Source: a candidate division WWE3 bacterium
GTDB lineage: Bacteria > Patescibacteriota > WWE3 > UBA101185 > UBA10185
Length of the DNA stretch: 44,242 nt
Direction: 5' to 3'
Assembly (NCBI GenBank): GCA_945897985.1
Contig: CAMDGN010000002.1
Coordinates: 1-44,242 of the forward strand
The notes under the pieces are model-generated. The model saw only the letters and a list, made by a program, of their open reading frames with translations. It had not been told where the DNA came from and did no database searches. Made by a program: the position numbers and the translations under genes. Every line of letters starts with the position of its first letter. Within the stretch, counting starts at the first letter, position 1. This document shows positions 44,117 to 44,242 of the stretch, piece after piece.

Positions 44117-44242
44117 TTCACCAGGACACTCAGTTTTTGGTTTTAAAATTTTATACCTGACTTTCGCTATTTTTTTTGTTGTTTTATTTGTAAAGCTTTT
44201 TTTAATCCAAGTCTGGGGTTACTCCGAACTTAAACAAAAAGC
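44106..44242 (+). CDS. 5' end of a penicillin-binding protein gene (FtsI/PBP2-like transpeptidase), runs off the window
   Basis: Not in the track (no stop). ATG 44106 overlaps the ftsL stop (ATGAGAATTAA). My translation MRINSPGHSVFGFKILYLTFAIFFVVLFVKLFLIQVWGYSELKQK shows the N-terminal TM anchor and the 'L..Q' start typical of FtsI. The position in the dcw order supports the call. Confidence 0.5.
   Translation, partial: MRINSPGHSVFGFKILYLTFAIFFVVLFVKLFLIQVWGYSELKQK

Noticed and set aside
1-44242. Searched intergenic regions for CRISPR arrays, tRNA/rRNA genes, IS elements, integrases, and toxin-antitoxin or other defence-type gene pairs
   Set aside because: The largest non-coding stretches are 128, 80 and 64 nt and show no cloverleaf-like or repeat-spacer structure. 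No ORF has transposase, integrase, recombinase, nuclease or reverse-transcriptase motifs.
1-44242. Alternative genetic code (UGA as Gly or Trp, as in some uncultured lineages or mollicutes)
   Set aside because: TGA terminates several well-delimited genes (for example at 3135-37, 4505-07, 11723-25 and 31258-60), and the long conserved ORFs contain no in-frame TGA. The standard code 11 fits.

Overview
This is an AT-rich (roughly 30% GC by eye), gene-dense bacterial window. It uses the standard genetic code: TGA ends several genes and never interrupts a long ORF. Gene content and style suggest a Candidate Phyla Radiation / Patescibacteria-type genome, which is an inference and not a database result.

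Layout:
(i) 1-2185, minus strand: speH (pyruvoyl S-adenosylmethionine decarboxylase), a polytopic membrane protein, an 83-aa protein, and a soluble PAS/HisKA histidine kinase that runs off the window.
(ii) 2250-40282: a very large cell-envelope glycan locus, almost entirely on the plus strand. It encodes:
- a membrane-anchored CAP-domain protein;
- 5 GT2 enzymes, one fused to GtrA;
- ugd;
- 10 GT-B/GT4-type transferases;
- 6 polytopic GT-C-like proteins (ArnT/PMT-like, DUF2079 and others);
- a 954-aa Wzy/WaaL-like::ArnT-like fusion;
- 3 MOP/Wzx flippases plus a UPF0104 flippase-like protein;
- a B12-binding radical SAM enzyme plus a SAM methyltransferase;
- a PglC-type initiating phosphoglycosyltransferase;
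- a DUF4012 protein.
(iii) 40282-44242, housekeeping: recO, glyQS, and the start of the dcw cluster (mraZ, rsmH, ftsL-like, and the 5' end of an ftsI-like PBP gene).

I saw no rRNA, tRNA, CRISPR array, transposase or integrase.

Most notable observations:
- The density and modular arrangement of the GT-C enzymes with polyprenyl-phosphate-sugar synthases and flippases.
- The polymerase/ligase::GT-C fusion.
- The radical SAM / methyltransferase / GT-C sub-operon.
- The DUF4012 gene coupled to the initiating transferase.
- A recurrent '-10 box, N5-6, ATG' architecture that suggests leaderless mRNAs.
- Four in-phase 10-bp direct repeats upstream of mraZ.

All functional calls come from motif recognition in the supplied translations. 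No searches were run.
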